This document shows, piece after piece, positions 26,000 through 36,318 of a stretch of DNA of 64,000 nt (positions are counted from its first letter, which is position 1; each line of letters starts with the position of its first letter). The position numbers were made by a program, and so were the translations under genes. The DNA comes from a virus (lineage: Duplodnaviria > Caudoviricetes). The notes beneath the pieces are model-generated. The model was not told the origin of the DNA and did not search any database. It was given only the letters and a program-made list of their open reading frames with translations. Location of the stretch: positions 402,730 through 466,729 of the IMG/VR virus record IMGVR_UViG_3300037067_027616. One strand, given 5' to 3'.

Positions 26000-27575
26000 A
26001 TGAACCAAGTAGTACTCCGTGCAGGTTTTGATCATACGTTTTCAATCTCTGGATCACGTACTGGTTTTAGTTCAGTATCGAAGTCACAATGGGTTGCTTG
26101 GCAAAATTTATGGTCGTGGTCGAATTCTATGTCGGAATCTGGACTAAAATGGAGTTCGTGTTCTATTTCACATTCCGGCCCTAAATTTCAATCGAAGTCA
26201 TGGAAGAAACCGTGAACCAAGCAATCTTGCAAACAGGATTTTATATAGTGTTGGGATCGGCGTCACTGTCATTGTCGGGGTCACAGTCGGTGCCCCTATC
26301 ACGATCCTTATCACGGTTGGAGTCACGGTCGGAGTCCCTGTCACGGTCGAGGTCACAGTACTTGGTACGGTCATGGTCGATGTCCCGGTCGAAGCCCCGA
26401 ACTCTGTCACGGTCGGAGCATAAGCCATGAACCAAGCAATCCTCTGCGCAGGATTTTATAAGGTATTCATGTCGGGGTCACGGCCGATGTCCTTTTCTCG
26501 ATCACAGTCGATGTCGCGGTCGGGATCGGTGTCCCGGTCACGGTCGGGATTGTGGTCAGGTTCGATGCCCGTGTTACGGTCACGGTCGGGGTCACGGTCG
26601 GGGTTCCTGTCACGGTTACGGTCGGGATCCTTGTCGGGATCCCTATCGGGTAATAAACCATGAACCAAGCAATCCTCTATGCAGTACTTTATAAAGGGTC
26701 CAAATCGGGATCCCTGTCATGGTCGGGGTCCTGGTCGGTTTCCCTGTCACGGTCAGGGTCGGGGTCCCGATCAAGGTCACGGTCGGCGTCTCGGGTAGGG
26801 TTCCGATCGGTGTCCTTGTCAGGGTCTCTGTCGTGGTCACAGTCGATGTCCTTGTCACAGTACCGATCTGAATCCCGGTCGGGGGCATAAACCATGAACC
26901 AAGCAATCCTCTATGCAGGGTTTTGTCAGGGATCCTCATCAGAATCCAAGTTGGGATCACGGTCGGGGTCCCAATCGAGGTCACGGTCGGGGTCCCAATC
27001 GAGGTCACGGTCATGGTTACTGTCGGTTTCCATGTCACAGTCAGGGTTACGGTTGGTGTCCCGGTCGTTGTCGTGGTCACTGTCCCGGTCGTGGTATAAA
27101 ACATGAACCAAGCGATCCTCTATGCAGGATTCTACATAAGTTCCATATCGGCGTCATGGTCGATGTCACGGTCCGGGTCACGATACGGGTCATGGTCGGG
27201 ATCCTTGTCGGGGTCACGGTCAGTGTCGGGGTCACTATCCGGATCCTCGTTTAGGTCACGATCCGAGTCCTTGTCACTGTCCAAGTCACGGTTGGAGTCC
27301 TTGTCGGGATCCATGTTGGGGTCACGGTCGGGGTCACAGTCCCTGTCACGGTCGGGGCCTAAACTATGAACCAAGCAATTCTTCATATAGGTTTTGAGGG
27401 GTCTTTGTTTGAAGCCAAATCAGAATCCATAACCGGAACAAAATCGTTGTCGTGGTCAAATGCACGTTCAACGTCACTGTCGGGATCTCGGTCGGGGGTT
27501 TTTTCACGATCTCTTTCAAAATCGCATTCGGAGTCACGGGTAAAATCCAGGTCGAGGTCACGATCACTATCTTGA
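26000..27575 (+). repeat. Tandem array of seven MNQAIL-leader, (Ser-X)n micro-genes (starts 26000, 26212, 26427, 26660, 26894, 27103, 27366)
   Basis: Each unit starts (A/G)TGAACCAAG(C)AATCCTCTATGCAGG-like and continues with TCRCGG/TCGGGG hexamer-derived sequence. Stop/start overlaps (ATGA/GTGA) at five of six junctions. Confidence 0.85.
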
Positions 27576-27647
27576 CGAATACCGAATATCTCGTTAATAT
27601 TTATACTCATATGTAGCAAGAGCACATAAATCCATAATGGCAGTGAA

Positions 27648-27866
27648 ATGACATTCGGATCAAAACTACAAAAGCTGCTTTTGATAGCCTCGATTACATT
27701 AGCAGGTATCGCTACCATGTATGCTTTGGCGATATCAATCCTGTGTGCAGTATATTTTAACAATTGGAAAATATTGATCGCATGGGTTGCCATCATCGCA
27801 ATTGTGATACCTGTGTGGTTTAAAATTTTAAAAACTACATGGAAGCTCGTAAACGAAACACCCTGA
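27648..27866 (+). CDS. Small 2-TM membrane protein (AT-rich)
   Basis: Two hydrophobic helices. Confidence 0.45.
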   Translation: MTFGSKLQKLLLIASITLAGIATMYALAISILCAVYFNNWKILIAWVAIIAIVIPVWFKILKTTWKLVNETP

Positions 27867-27884
27867 AAACAATGGAGGTAACAC

Positions 27885-28250
27885 ATGTGGTGGGAGTTTG
27901 CAATTTACATCCTCGTGGCTCTCGTGGCCTTGTATCTAATCATCTGGCAGAAGCCGTTCGTAAAGAAATATTGGAAGTACCTCTTGGCGGCGATACCCCT
28001 GATCATCGTCATCGTGCGTATCATCGCATGGCTTGTGGGTAGAAGGCAGGACGGAAACGGTCCCGCCAACGAATTGCATACGGCCATAAACTCGGTGCGC
28101 GACAGCATCCAGGAAGCCAACATGGAGGCGGCAGTCAATGTGGCCGCCGCGCGTGCCAAAGACCAAGCCAAATTGGATGAACTCAAAAGGGTCATGGCAA
28201 TCAAGGACAGAGCCGAACGTATGAAAAGGCTCGCGAAGCTCGTGGGGTGA
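27885..28250 (+). CDS. Membrane protein with coiled coil, possibly lysis-related
   Basis: GGAGG RBS; two TM segments and a helical tail. Confidence 0.5.
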   Translation: MWWEFAIYILVALVALYLIIWQKPFVKKYWKYLLAAIPLIIVIVRIIAWLVGRRQDGNGPANELHTAINSVRDSIQEANMEAAVNVAAARAKDQAKLDELKRVMAIKDRAERMKRLAKLVG

Positions 28251-28263
28251 CAAGGAGAAATTT

Positions 28264-28779
28264 ATGAGAAAATCTTTCATTATGCTTATTCTTACGGTCA
28301 CCGTGTTGCAAGCGCAGGATAGCATACCACCGCTCATCTACAGTTTCATGCCAAAATGCATGGACATTGATAGTGTCGTCCGTATCATACCCGGGGACAC
28401 CTCGGATGTGGTCAGTGCCACCACCAATGATTATGAATCCATAGCCATTCCCGATTCGGGGGTATTTGTTTCATATTCCGGGGATACCTTGATTCTTCCC
28501 CCTGGGGTGCTCTTTAGCGAGCGTAAGACCGCCTTGCATGTGTTCTACAGGAGTGCGTGGGAGAGACAGGCACGGGAGTTGTATTACATGAAGTACCTTG
28601 TGGGTACATACTGCCAGAAGTCCAAAGAGGCGGAGATTCTATACCAAAGCGAAATAGAGCGTCTTCGCAGGCAGGCCAAAAGGAATTGGCTTGAGCGCAA
28701 CGCCGGCTACATCGGGTTCGGCGCCGCTTTGGTTGTCATGGCCGTACGCGATTACGCGGTGGCTGAAATAATGAAATAG
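28264..28779 (+). CDS. Secreted/membrane-anchored protein, possibly spanin-like
   Basis: Signal peptide, coiled coil, C-terminal TM (GYIGFGAALVVMAV). Confidence 0.45.
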   Translation: MRKSFIMLILTVTVLQAQDSIPPLIYSFMPKCMDIDSVVRIIPGDTSDVVSATTNDYESIAIPDSGVFVSYSGDTLILPPGVLFSERKTALHVFYRSAWERQARELYYMKYLVGTYCQKSKEAEILYQSEIERLRRQAKRNWLERNAGYIGFGAALVVMAVRDYAVAEIMK

Positions 28780-28789
28780 GAGACTACAC

Positions 28790-28996
28790 ATGCCGTATGG
28801 AAAAAGAAGCAAGAAGAAGCCTTTGATGGTCAAAGACGATACCTGTCCGCGCCAACCACCCCCCGTGGAAGGTAACGACAAGCTTGAAAAATTGTACGCT
28901 CGAGGCATCGCCGAACTCCAAGGCGACAACCCGCCAAAGCCGTCCAGATACGGCTCCTCTGGATACGGTCGGAAGTCTTCAGGATACGGTTCTTGA
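28790..28996 (+). CDS. Small basic hypothetical protein
   Basis: AGGAG RBS; SSGYG repeated twice. Confidence 0.45.
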   Translation: MPYGKRSKKKPLMVKDDTCPRQPPPVEGNDKLEKLYARGIAELQGDNPPKPSRYGSSGYGRKSSGYGS

Positions 28997-29086
28997 AAGA
29001 TCATTTACCCCTTTAATTTCAGGCCCCCAAAAAGTATATTAAATAAGCGGCGTCAATACAGACGTCTGTCATTCAGGATATAATAC

Positions 29087-30793
29087 ATGGCAATAGTCAG
29101 TTTCACGTCAAAAGAAGAAGGAAGTTCTTGTCCTGAACCCGTGGCGATGACAAAGCTTGACCGTAATTTCAAAGGCTTCGCCAAGTATCTTATCGCCGTA
29201 TATGGAAATTCACCGAAGTTCATCATAGAGATTGCCGAGAGCGCGGCGAAGTTCGCACGCAGGCTCAACATCGGTAACAAGCGATTCAAAACCGCCCTCG
29301 ATGTCGTCCAGTACGGCGTCCCTGCGGTGACACTCACCAGTGATTTGTTTTCGAAGATTATGTTTTTCGACAAGATCACCAAGGAACAGCCGAACGTATA
29401 CGGGGAGCGTGAAGTTAAGATACGCAGGCTCCTTGGTTTGAAGGACTCCGACTCGAACAGGACAATCGTGGGAGGTACTTTTGAGGTTGGCAAGGACGTA
29501 TGCCAATGGATATCTCGCCGTCCCAACACAAAAAGTTTCATAGTAGAAGGGTTTTACAAGTATGACGACCTTAATGTCGCCAAGGATCTGTGGGAAGTCG
29601 AGCGCGGTGATGTGTTCATTGTCATAAATTTCGAGGAGCGAAAATTCGTTTGGCAGTTGAACTATTTGCAATATGAGGACAAACTTACCGTCAACGACTC
29701 GTATATATATTTCTTGTCTAAAATTTCGGAAACACCAAGCCCCTTGTTAAAAAAACACTTCTCAACCGCCAAAAAATATCACCCAATGGTTGTTGAAGAA
29801 GAATGTGCTGGTATAGAGGGGGTCCTGTCCCGTCTCAAGAATTCAGTTTTCCAAGACTTCCTCGAACATTTTGATGTCACCCGCAATGTCATATGCCTCA
29901 ACAAGGGTTTGACCTCGAGGAGTAGGGTCATCTTTGATGAGAGGGTAAACCAATATGACATCGAAAGGTTCTCGGCAGAGATACGCAAAGTTCTTAAAAG
30001 GGGCCGCAAGAGGGGATACGCCTTCGTGGGCATACCCGGCACCGGCAAGTCCACCATCATCCGCAAGTTGGAGGACACCCTTCGGGACTACCCCATAGTT
30101 TATATAAGCCCGGACAACCTCTCCTACACGCACGAGATTGTAGAAACATTCAGGACTATCAAATACATGCAACCGTGCATCGTCATCATGGAGGATCTCG
30201 ACTCGTACAAGTTCGAGGAGAAGAATGAACGCCTTGGGGTGTTCTTGGACTCCATAGACGATGTGAACCGCAATTTGAATGTCGTGTTCATAGCAACCAT
30301 CAACGACACGAAGCTCGTACACTACACGCTCATAAACCGCCCCGGCAGGCTTGACGAGGTCATACTCGTGGAACCCCCCAAGACCGCGCAGGAGGCTTAC
30401 GAGGTTATGGTGGCACGGTTTGCTAAAATAGCCAGCACCGATGAGGCCGTGGACAAGAATTTCCCAAAGATGGAGGACTTTGACCCGGCCGTGTTCCGGG
30501 ACATCATCGAACACCGGATGACCCAGGCGGATGTTTGTGAACTCATTGAGAAGGCGGTGCTCCTCAAAGACGTGGTCAACAACGAGAGTCTCCGTGAGGC
30601 GATAAACGCATTGCTTACCTCGAAGGAAGCCATCAAGATATGCAACTTCGGTGGAAACAGCCCCTATGAAACAGATGATAACGGCACTTTAGAATTAACT
30701 CCCGGGACAGCTACAGAAGAGGTAGACTTCATATTGAATCCTAATAAAAGACCTGGTCAACGTTACCATATGGACGAGGATATAATAGGTTAA
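29087..30793 (+). CDS. AAA+ ATPase
   Basis: Walker A GIPGTGKS, Walker B IVIMEDLD, sensor ATIN, SRH NRPGRLDE. Confidence 0.9.
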   Translation: MAIVSFTSKEEGSSCPEPVAMTKLDRNFKGFAKYLIAVYGNSPKFIIEIAESAAKFARRLNIGNKRFKTALDVVQYGVPAVTLTSDLFSKIMFFDKITKEQPNVYGEREVKIRRLLGLKDSDSNRTIVGGTFEVGKDVCQWISRRPNTKSFIVEGFYKYDDLNVAKDLWEVERGDVFIVINFEERKFVWQLNYLQYEDKLTVNDSYIYFLSKISETPSPLLKKHFSTAKKYHPMVVEEECAGIEGVLSRLKNSVFQDFLEHFDVTRNVICLNKGLTSRSRVIFDERVNQYDIERFSAEIRKVLKRGRKRGYAFVGIPGTGKSTIIRKLEDTLRDYPIVYISPDNLSYTHEIVETFRTIKYMQPCIVIMEDLDSYKFEEKNERLGVFLDSIDDVNRNLNVVFIATINDTKLVHYTLINRPGRLDEVILVEPPKTAQEAYEVMVARFAKIASTDEAVDKNFPKMEDFDPAVFRDIIEHRMTQADVCELIEKAVLLKDVVNNESLREAINALLTSKEAIKICNFGGNSPYETDDNGTLELTPGTATEEVDFILNPNKRPGQRYHMDEDIIG

Positions 30794-30799
30794 ATATCC

Positions 30800-31420
30800 A
30801 TGAGCGATTTTAGGGCCATGACTTTGAAATGCCAGTGTACGGACAAATCTTGTCCGGCATTGGGTAAGTGTGCCATGTTGCCTACTGAAATGTATCCCGA
30901 CAAGGACGGGTGTGTACAATTGCTGTTCGTGGGACAAGGCGGCGGAAGGCAGGAGCGTGTAAAAGGCCGACCGTTCGTGGGATCTGCAGGCAGAAGGATA
31001 CGCCAGCAGATAGTGGCCGTAAGAAAGCAACTCGGGAAGTATGTAGGGGTGGCGTTTTCGAACACCATACGTGACTGCCCAGAAGGCAACCGTGTCCCGA
31101 CCGATGAGGAACTCAAGCATTGTTTAAGCCACCTTTTTGTTGACATCAAAGTCTTGAAGGCGCTCGGTATGCGGTGCGTGGTTCTTCTCGGTAATGCCGC
31201 GAAGAGGTCACTTATAAAAGACAGCAAGATAGCCCTTGGTGCTGACCGCGGCAGTTTGTATGTAATTTCAAGCGAAAGCACAGGCATGATCCCCATGATA
31301 GCAACATACCACCCATCGGGTCTTTTGCGCCAAGGGGTCATCTTCAGCGAGAAGAACATGCACGAGAAGGACAAGACGGTGATAGCGGACATTATAAAGG
31401 CGTACAGCCACACGGCGTGA
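30800..31420 (+). CDS. Uracil-DNA glycosylase, family 4-like
   Basis: LLFVGQGGGRQE...GRPFVGSAG, Cys ligands, LLGNAA, TYHPS. Confidence 0.85.
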   Translation: MSDFRAMTLKCQCTDKSCPALGKCAMLPTEMYPDKDGCVQLLFVGQGGGRQERVKGRPFVGSAGRRIRQQIVAVRKQLGKYVGVAFSNTIRDCPEGNRVPTDEELKHCLSHLFVDIKVLKALGMRCVVLLGNAAKRSLIKDSKIALGADRGSLYVISSESTGMIPMIATYHPSGLLRQGVIFSEKNMHEKDKTVIADIIKAYSHTA

Positions 31421-31433
31421 AAGGGAGTCGAAC

Positions 31434-31697
31434 ATGAAAATCACACAGCATATTCCTGGTTGCGTTGATACGGGTGAAAAACCGAAAGTGGCCCACTTCA
31501 ATAACACGCACGAACTCCTTTGCGTGCCGTGGGTAAAACATTGGTCTAAAGATCCTAGCTTCTTCCGCTACAGCATGTCTGATGAAAGCCTCATGGCGGA
31601 ATTCAAGAATGGTAAGGAATGGTGGGTGATTGGGGATATCAACCTTCCCGAAGGCGTGAAACTTCCGAAATGGGTTCCTGTGAAAGGAAAAATATAA
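31434..31697 (+). CDS. Hypothetical protein
   Basis: GGGAG RBS; 87 aa. Confidence 0.55.
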   Translation: MKITQHIPGCVDTGEKPKVAHFNNTHELLCVPWVKHWSKDPSFFRYSMSDESLMAEFKNGKEWWVIGDINLPEGVKLPKWVPVKGKI

Positions 31698-32482
31698 TGC
31701 CTGGTAAATCTCTCGGAGACAGGATGAAGGAATACGAGGCGGTCACGACATCCGCCACGTTGACCAGGAGAGTCCCCACTATTCTAAGACTCGACGGACG
31801 TGCTTTCCACTCAATCAGCAGAAAGCTTGCATCCCCATACGATGAAGTTTTCCACGAGTGCATGTGCATAGCAACGGCCAACTTGTGCAAGTCGGTGCAG
31901 GGTTCGAGGTTCGCCTACCACTTCTCCGATGAGATTTCCATACTTCTCATCGACTATGAAAAAGTGGAAACGGAGCCATACTTCGGTTACTCCCTGCAGA
32001 AGATCGTTTCAGTAACAGCATCGGCGTGTACATCTTTTTTTGCATCGGCTTGTGTTGATAAAGGTGTGTCATGGTGCACGCCGTTTCCCATGTTTGACTG
32101 CAGGGCCTTCAACATTCCTCAAGATGATGTCGTAAATTATTTCCTGTGGAGACAACAAGATTGCACGAGGAACTCCATCCAGACGCTTGCCAGGACGATG
32201 TACAGTCACAAGCAGTTGTTCAACGCCGACACGTCCAAGATGCAGGACATGATGATGGAGAAGGGCGTGAATTGGAACAAATCCCCGACGAGATTCAAGC
32301 GCGGCATAGGCATGTTCAATGGGGTGGCGGGTACAGGCAAGGGGTGGGTCGCCGACTATGAAACACCTATGTTTTCCAAAGACCGCGTGTACATTGACCG
32401 TTGGGTCAATTGGGAAAGATTGGATCCGTTGTTGGACACTCGAGAAAATGCAGAAGGATATGATGTCAAAGTGATTGTTTAA
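31697..32482 (+). CDS. tRNA(His) guanylyltransferase Thg1-like (3'-5' polymerase)
   Basis: LGDRMKEYE, RLDGRAFH, SDEISIL, FDCRAFNIP, WRQQDCTRNSI, FKRG. Confidence 0.92.
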   Translation: MPGKSLGDRMKEYEAVTTSATLTRRVPTILRLDGRAFHSISRKLASPYDEVFHECMCIATANLCKSVQGSRFAYHFSDEISILLIDYEKVETEPYFGYSLQKIVSVTASACTSFFASACVDKGVSWCTPFPMFDCRAFNIPQDDVVNYFLWRQQDCTRNSIQTLARTMYSHKQLFNADTSKMQDMMMEKGVNWNKSPTRFKRGIGMFNGVAGTGKGWVADYETPMFSKDRVYIDRWVNWERLDPLLDTRENAEGYDVKVIV

Positions 32483-32623
32483 CCTAAAGAAAGGTGGTAG
32501 AAACATGAAGGGCTGGAAGAAGAGCATCTCGTTTGTCATCATCGCTTCAGTAATCGCGTACTTGATGTATATGTGCGCTAGGTGGTTCGGGCTTGTTGGT
32601 CCCAAGGAGGGTGACAACGGCGA

Positions 32624-33268
32624 ATGATAGGTTTCCTCGGTGACATACACGGTAGGTTCGAGGTCATCCCTCGGGCGTTGTCCATGCCCGGGGTTGATGC
32701 TTGGTTGCAGGTAGGCGACCTTGGGGGTGACCTTATTTCATATCCTGACTTGCCACAGGGGTTCTGGTTCATCAAAGGCAACCACGAGAATTGGAAGGAA
32801 TTGGAGTTAATCAAGACCGCTCCAGAAGGGCCATACCTGCGCAACGGGAAGGTGTATGACATACCGATGACGTACACAAAAAGTGTGGTGCGCGTGGCGG
32901 TCATGGGCGGTAACTACTCCCCGAAGTATTCTATGTGGGAGAAGGACAAAGTACCTCCGAGCAGGGCTAGGCATTTTCTCCAAGAGGACAGGGATAGGTT
33001 GCTTGCTGAAAATGGTGACGTGGACATACTCATAACACACGAAGCACCTTCGCCGTATATGAGGGGATCGCAGGACATCGGACAGCCGTGGATAACCGAA
33101 CTATCGGTACACTTGAAACCGAAGATCCATGTGTTCGGACACCACCACCGTTACGGCGCGTACGAATGTGGCGGGGTGAAGACTTTAGGGTTGGAGTACG
33201 GGTGGAGCCATTGTGTATTGTGGGATGAAAAGACCGGGGAACACCGATGGGAAAGTATCCCTGGGTGA
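32624..33268 (+). CDS. Calcineurin-like metallophosphoesterase
   Basis: GDIHG, VGDLG, GNHE, ILITHEAP, HVFGHHH. Confidence 0.88.
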   Translation: MIGFLGDIHGRFEVIPRALSMPGVDAWLQVGDLGGDLISYPDLPQGFWFIKGNHENWKELELIKTAPEGPYLRNGKVYDIPMTYTKSVVRVAVMGGNYSPKYSMWEKDKVPPSRARHFLQEDRDRLLAENGDVDILITHEAPSPYMRGSQDIGQPWITELSVHLKPKIHVFGHHHRYGAYECGGVKTLGLEYGWSHCVLWDEKTGEHRWESIPG

Positions 33269-33289
33269 GCATACTACGAGGTTATAAAT

Positions 33290-33835
33290 ATGAATGACCA
33301 CAAAGGGCAGCTCCTTATACCTGTTGAGTATTGGGACGGTAGGGATTCACTTGAATTGGAGTACCCGTGGATCGTGCCAGAGGCCATTCAGACGTTACAT
33401 TATTTTGTAAAACCCCACCATGAAGTATTGGAATATGGTTCGGGTGGTTCGACACTGTTCTTCGCCAGAAGGGCAAAGCACGTCACATCGATAGAAAACT
33501 CCCCCGAATGGGCCACTCAAGTAATGGCAGCGGCGGACCGCAAGGGCCTCAGTAACATCACAATGCATGTGGCACCTATGACACAAGACTGTCCGGATTT
33601 GACCGGCAGGCTGTTCGATGTGGCCCTTATAGACTGTTGCGAGATTGACAGGAGAGTTGCTTTGAAGGTTGCTTTGGGACTCATGCGCCCGGGGTCAATC
33701 GTGGTGATCGACAACTACGATGCAGTGTATTGTTTGGGTATTGACGAGATTCTAGCACGCTACACGAACAAACACGACTTCGATGATCTGCATTGGTGGC
33801 CAGCAGGTAAAGGGACACGGGTGGTTTACACATGA
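33290..33835 (+). CDS. SAM-dependent methyltransferase
   Basis: VLEYGSGGST, SIENSPEW, MRPGSIVVIDN. Confidence 0.8.
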   Translation: MNDHKGQLLIPVEYWDGRDSLELEYPWIVPEAIQTLHYFVKPHHEVLEYGSGGSTLFFARRAKHVTSIENSPEWATQVMAAADRKGLSNITMHVAPMTQDCPDLTGRLFDVALIDCCEIDRRVALKVALGLMRPGSIVVIDNYDAVYCLGIDEILARYTNKHDFDDLHWWPAGKGTRVVYT

Positions 33836-34407
33836 CACCGTTTGAACCCGATAACCTCCCGCATGTTCACCGCATAGGAAAGTATGCGAGTGGACTTATG
33901 GATCTTTGTGATTGGGCCTCGGTTCATACAAAAGGATCATTGGCCGTTGAGGTCGGGTCATATTTGGGTGAATCAGCTCAAATAATTTCTAGGTATTACA
34001 GGACTCTTTGGTGCGTGGATCCGTGGGGTAATAACCATCAAGGCACTCCTGCTGAAGATATTTTTTTGAAGCGATTCCCCGGCGCCAATACTCCTCAAGG
34101 ATGCGTAACAAGCTGGGGATCTTGGGTTTATATGCTTAAGATGGAAAGCCCAAGAGCTTCCTTCCATTTCGAAGATCCGTTAGATTTTTTGTACATAGAT
34201 GGTAACCATGACTATGCACCGTGCAAAGCAGATATCGAGGCATGGGTGCCAAAGGTAAAACAAGGAGTAGTTGCGGGCCACGATTACGACCCGATACTAC
34301 AACCAGGGGTTGTCAAAGCGGTTGATGAGGTTCTTGGCAAACCGGAAAACGTGTTCATTGATACAAGTTGGGCTTTCGTGGTTGGCGAGGTGTCAAAATA
34401 TGCATAA
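33832..34407 (+). CDS. SAM-dependent methyltransferase (Methyltransf_24-like)
   Basis: VEVGSYLGES, YIDGNHDY, AGHDY. Confidence 0.85.
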   Translation: MTPFEPDNLPHVHRIGKYASGLMDLCDWASVHTKGSLAVEVGSYLGESAQIISRYYRTLWCVDPWGNNHQGTPAEDIFLKRFPGANTPQGCVTSWGSWVYMLKMESPRASFHFEDPLDFLYIDGNHDYAPCKADIEAWVPKVKQGVVAGHDYDPILQPGVVKAVDEVLGKPENVFIDTSWAFVVGEVSKYA

Positions 34408-34957
34408 CGAAATACGTGAATGGATGAAGCGTGTGAAAGGACTTTTTCCAAACCATTTTTCTCATGGAAGGGCACTCGATGTTGGCAGTCAAGACATAAA
34501 CGGAAATAATCGATATTTGTTCTCTGGTGAAGCCAAATATGAGGGCATCGACATAGTCGCAGGATCTAATGTGGATCATGTCGGATATATGCACGAGTGG
34601 TCACGTGACAAACCGGATGGATTGTATGACACCATCATCAGCACCGATTGCCTTGAACACGACAAATACTGGAGGGAAACACTCGCGGCCATGATCCGCC
34701 TCTTAAAACCGGAGGGTATCATGGTATGGACTTGTGCTGGGGAAGGGCGGGCGGAACACGGAACCGAAAATACTAATCCTGATGCAAGCCCGGGCACACA
34801 TGATTATTACGGTAACATCACGCCAGAAATGGTGAGAAATGAAGTCTATAAGCCAAAAGAAATCTTCAGTGCGTGGGACTTCGATTGTTGTACCAACACC
34901 ATGGGGCCGGGTCTGGACACGCGTTTTTGGGGTTTGAAAAAAAGGGTCAATACATGA
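34400..34957 (+). CDS. SAM-dependent methyltransferase
   Basis: ALDVGSQDING, ISTDCLEHD, LKPEG, GRAEHGT. Confidence 0.82.
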   Translation: MHNEIREWMKRVKGLFPNHFSHGRALDVGSQDINGNNRYLFSGEAKYEGIDIVAGSNVDHVGYMHEWSRDKPDGLYDTIISTDCLEHDKYWRETLAAMIRLLKPEGIMVWTCAGEGRAEHGTENTNPDASPGTHDYYGNITPEMVRNEVYKPKEIFSAWDFDCCTNTMGPGLDTRFWGLKKRVNT

Positions 34958-35694
34958 AGCCAATAAAGATATTCATAACAACGTGGCACCGTGTAGATAT
35001 GCTTGATCGGTGTCTCCGGGAGATCAAAGGCCGCACGACCACGCCGAATGAGGTGATCGTTTTTGACAACGGAAGTGATGATGAGGAAGTGAAACACATA
35101 AAAGATCTTCACTCTATTCACTTGTGTGACAGCATCATCTTGTGGCCCCATAACACCGGGCCATATTTCCCGAAGGCGGTTTTCTATAGTCTTACGACCC
35201 CGGAAGACACCTACTATGTGTCCAACGATGCAGATACGTACCCGCCGTATCTTGACCCTGATTGGCTTTCCCGAATGATAACCGAAATGGAAGTTTACCC
35301 GGACATAGGTGTTATGACTCCGCAGTTACCACCCCAAGTTTTACTTGGGCCAAAATACGAGCGGGGAAATCATGTCGTGTGTACTGCCATCGGTAACCAA
35401 CTTTCTTTGGTACGGAGGGCCGCGTGGCCAATAAAATTGTGGCCCCAAGAATCAGGAAAATTTGGCGATGATTTACTCCGATCGGTTCGCATGGAAGCCA
35501 GCGGTTTCATTACAGCCTACATGAAGGATGTATGGTGCATGCACGGGGGGCAGTGTGACAAATGGGGGTATACCGATAGTCAATTGGCAGAAGATCCAAG
35601 GAAAGTAAAATATGCCCCGCCGTACACCTACGTGTATGACATCCAGACGTATAAACCTGTTGACCCCATCCTGCAGGATTGGAAAAAACAATGA
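34954..35694 (+). CDS. GT-A fold glycosyltransferase (GT2-like)
   Basis: IFITTWHR, VFDNGS, NDAD (DxD), FGDD. Confidence 0.75.
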   Translation: MKPIKIFITTWHRVDMLDRCLREIKGRTTTPNEVIVFDNGSDDEEVKHIKDLHSIHLCDSIILWPHNTGPYFPKAVFYSLTTPEDTYYVSNDADTYPPYLDPDWLSRMITEMEVYPDIGVMTPQLPPQVLLGPKYERGNHVVCTAIGNQLSLVRRAAWPIKLWPQESGKFGDDLLRSVRMEASGFITAYMKDVWCMHGGQCDKWGYTDSQLAEDPRKVKYAPPYTYVYDIQTYKPVDPILQDWKKQ

Positions 35695-36314
35695 CCGCCA
35701 GTCAGGAAAGAATGGATGCACATGCGGTTAGGTTGCCTAAAGGGTATGTACCAAACCCGGACATGCACTTGGGTAATATCCGTGATGCGACCCATTTCAT
35801 GAAGGCATCTAAATGGTTGAAGTCCATAGGGGCAAAGACTGTGCTGGATGTGGGGTGCTACGATGGGTGGCTGGACTTTTTGCTCATTCGGGAGGGGTAC
35901 TCGTTGACGGGGGTCGAGATGATCCCGGAACTCGCCGATGCCGCTTTGAGGTATGCGGAACGTAACTTTCTGTCTTACACGGTATACACCAGTCACGTAT
36001 TGGACGCATGTCCGTTCTTTATGGCAGATGACCAACAGATTCAATACGATGCGGTCGTGTGCTTTGAGACGTTAGAACATATGACTCTTGAGGAGGCCGC
36101 GAAAGCCGCGAGCCTTCTGTCACAATGGTCACGCAAAGGAGTGCTGGTATCCCTGCCCGACCAGGACCATCGCCAGAACGCACAGCATTTGTGGACACCT
36201 ACGGAAGAGGTCATCAAAGGTATATGGGGTGACAAGCCCGGGTATTCGTTGGAGTACGTACCATATCAAGGTACGACCATACCATCCAATTGGTTTGTGA
36301 GTCACGGAGTGTAA
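35691..36314 (+). CDS. SAM-dependent methyltransferase
   Basis: VLDVGCYDG, YDAVVCFETLEHM. Confidence 0.85.
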   Translation: MTASQERMDAHAVRLPKGYVPNPDMHLGNIRDATHFMKASKWLKSIGAKTVLDVGCYDGWLDFLLIREGYSLTGVEMIPELADAALRYAERNFLSYTVYTSHVLDACPFFMADDQQIQYDAVVCFETLEHMTLEEAAKAASLLSQWSRKGVLVSLPDQDHRQNAQHLWTPTEEVIKGIWGDKPGYSLEYVPYQGTTIPSNWFVSHGV

Positions 36315-36318
36315 ATAT

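Noticed and set aside
26198-27567. Minus-strand (Asp-Arg/Asp-Pro)n and (Thr-Val)n ORFs over the micro-gene array
   Set aside because: They are stop-free by-products of the TCACGG/TCGGGG hexamers. Their starts are simply the reverse complement of the + strand leader, while the + strand frames show stop/start coupling and match the direction of all neighbouring genes.
26000-27575. CRISPR array or DGR interpretation of the ~35-bp repeats
   Set aside because: Spacers are 180-230 bp, low-complexity and related to each other. There are no cas or reverse transcriptase genes in the window and no adenine-specific variation.
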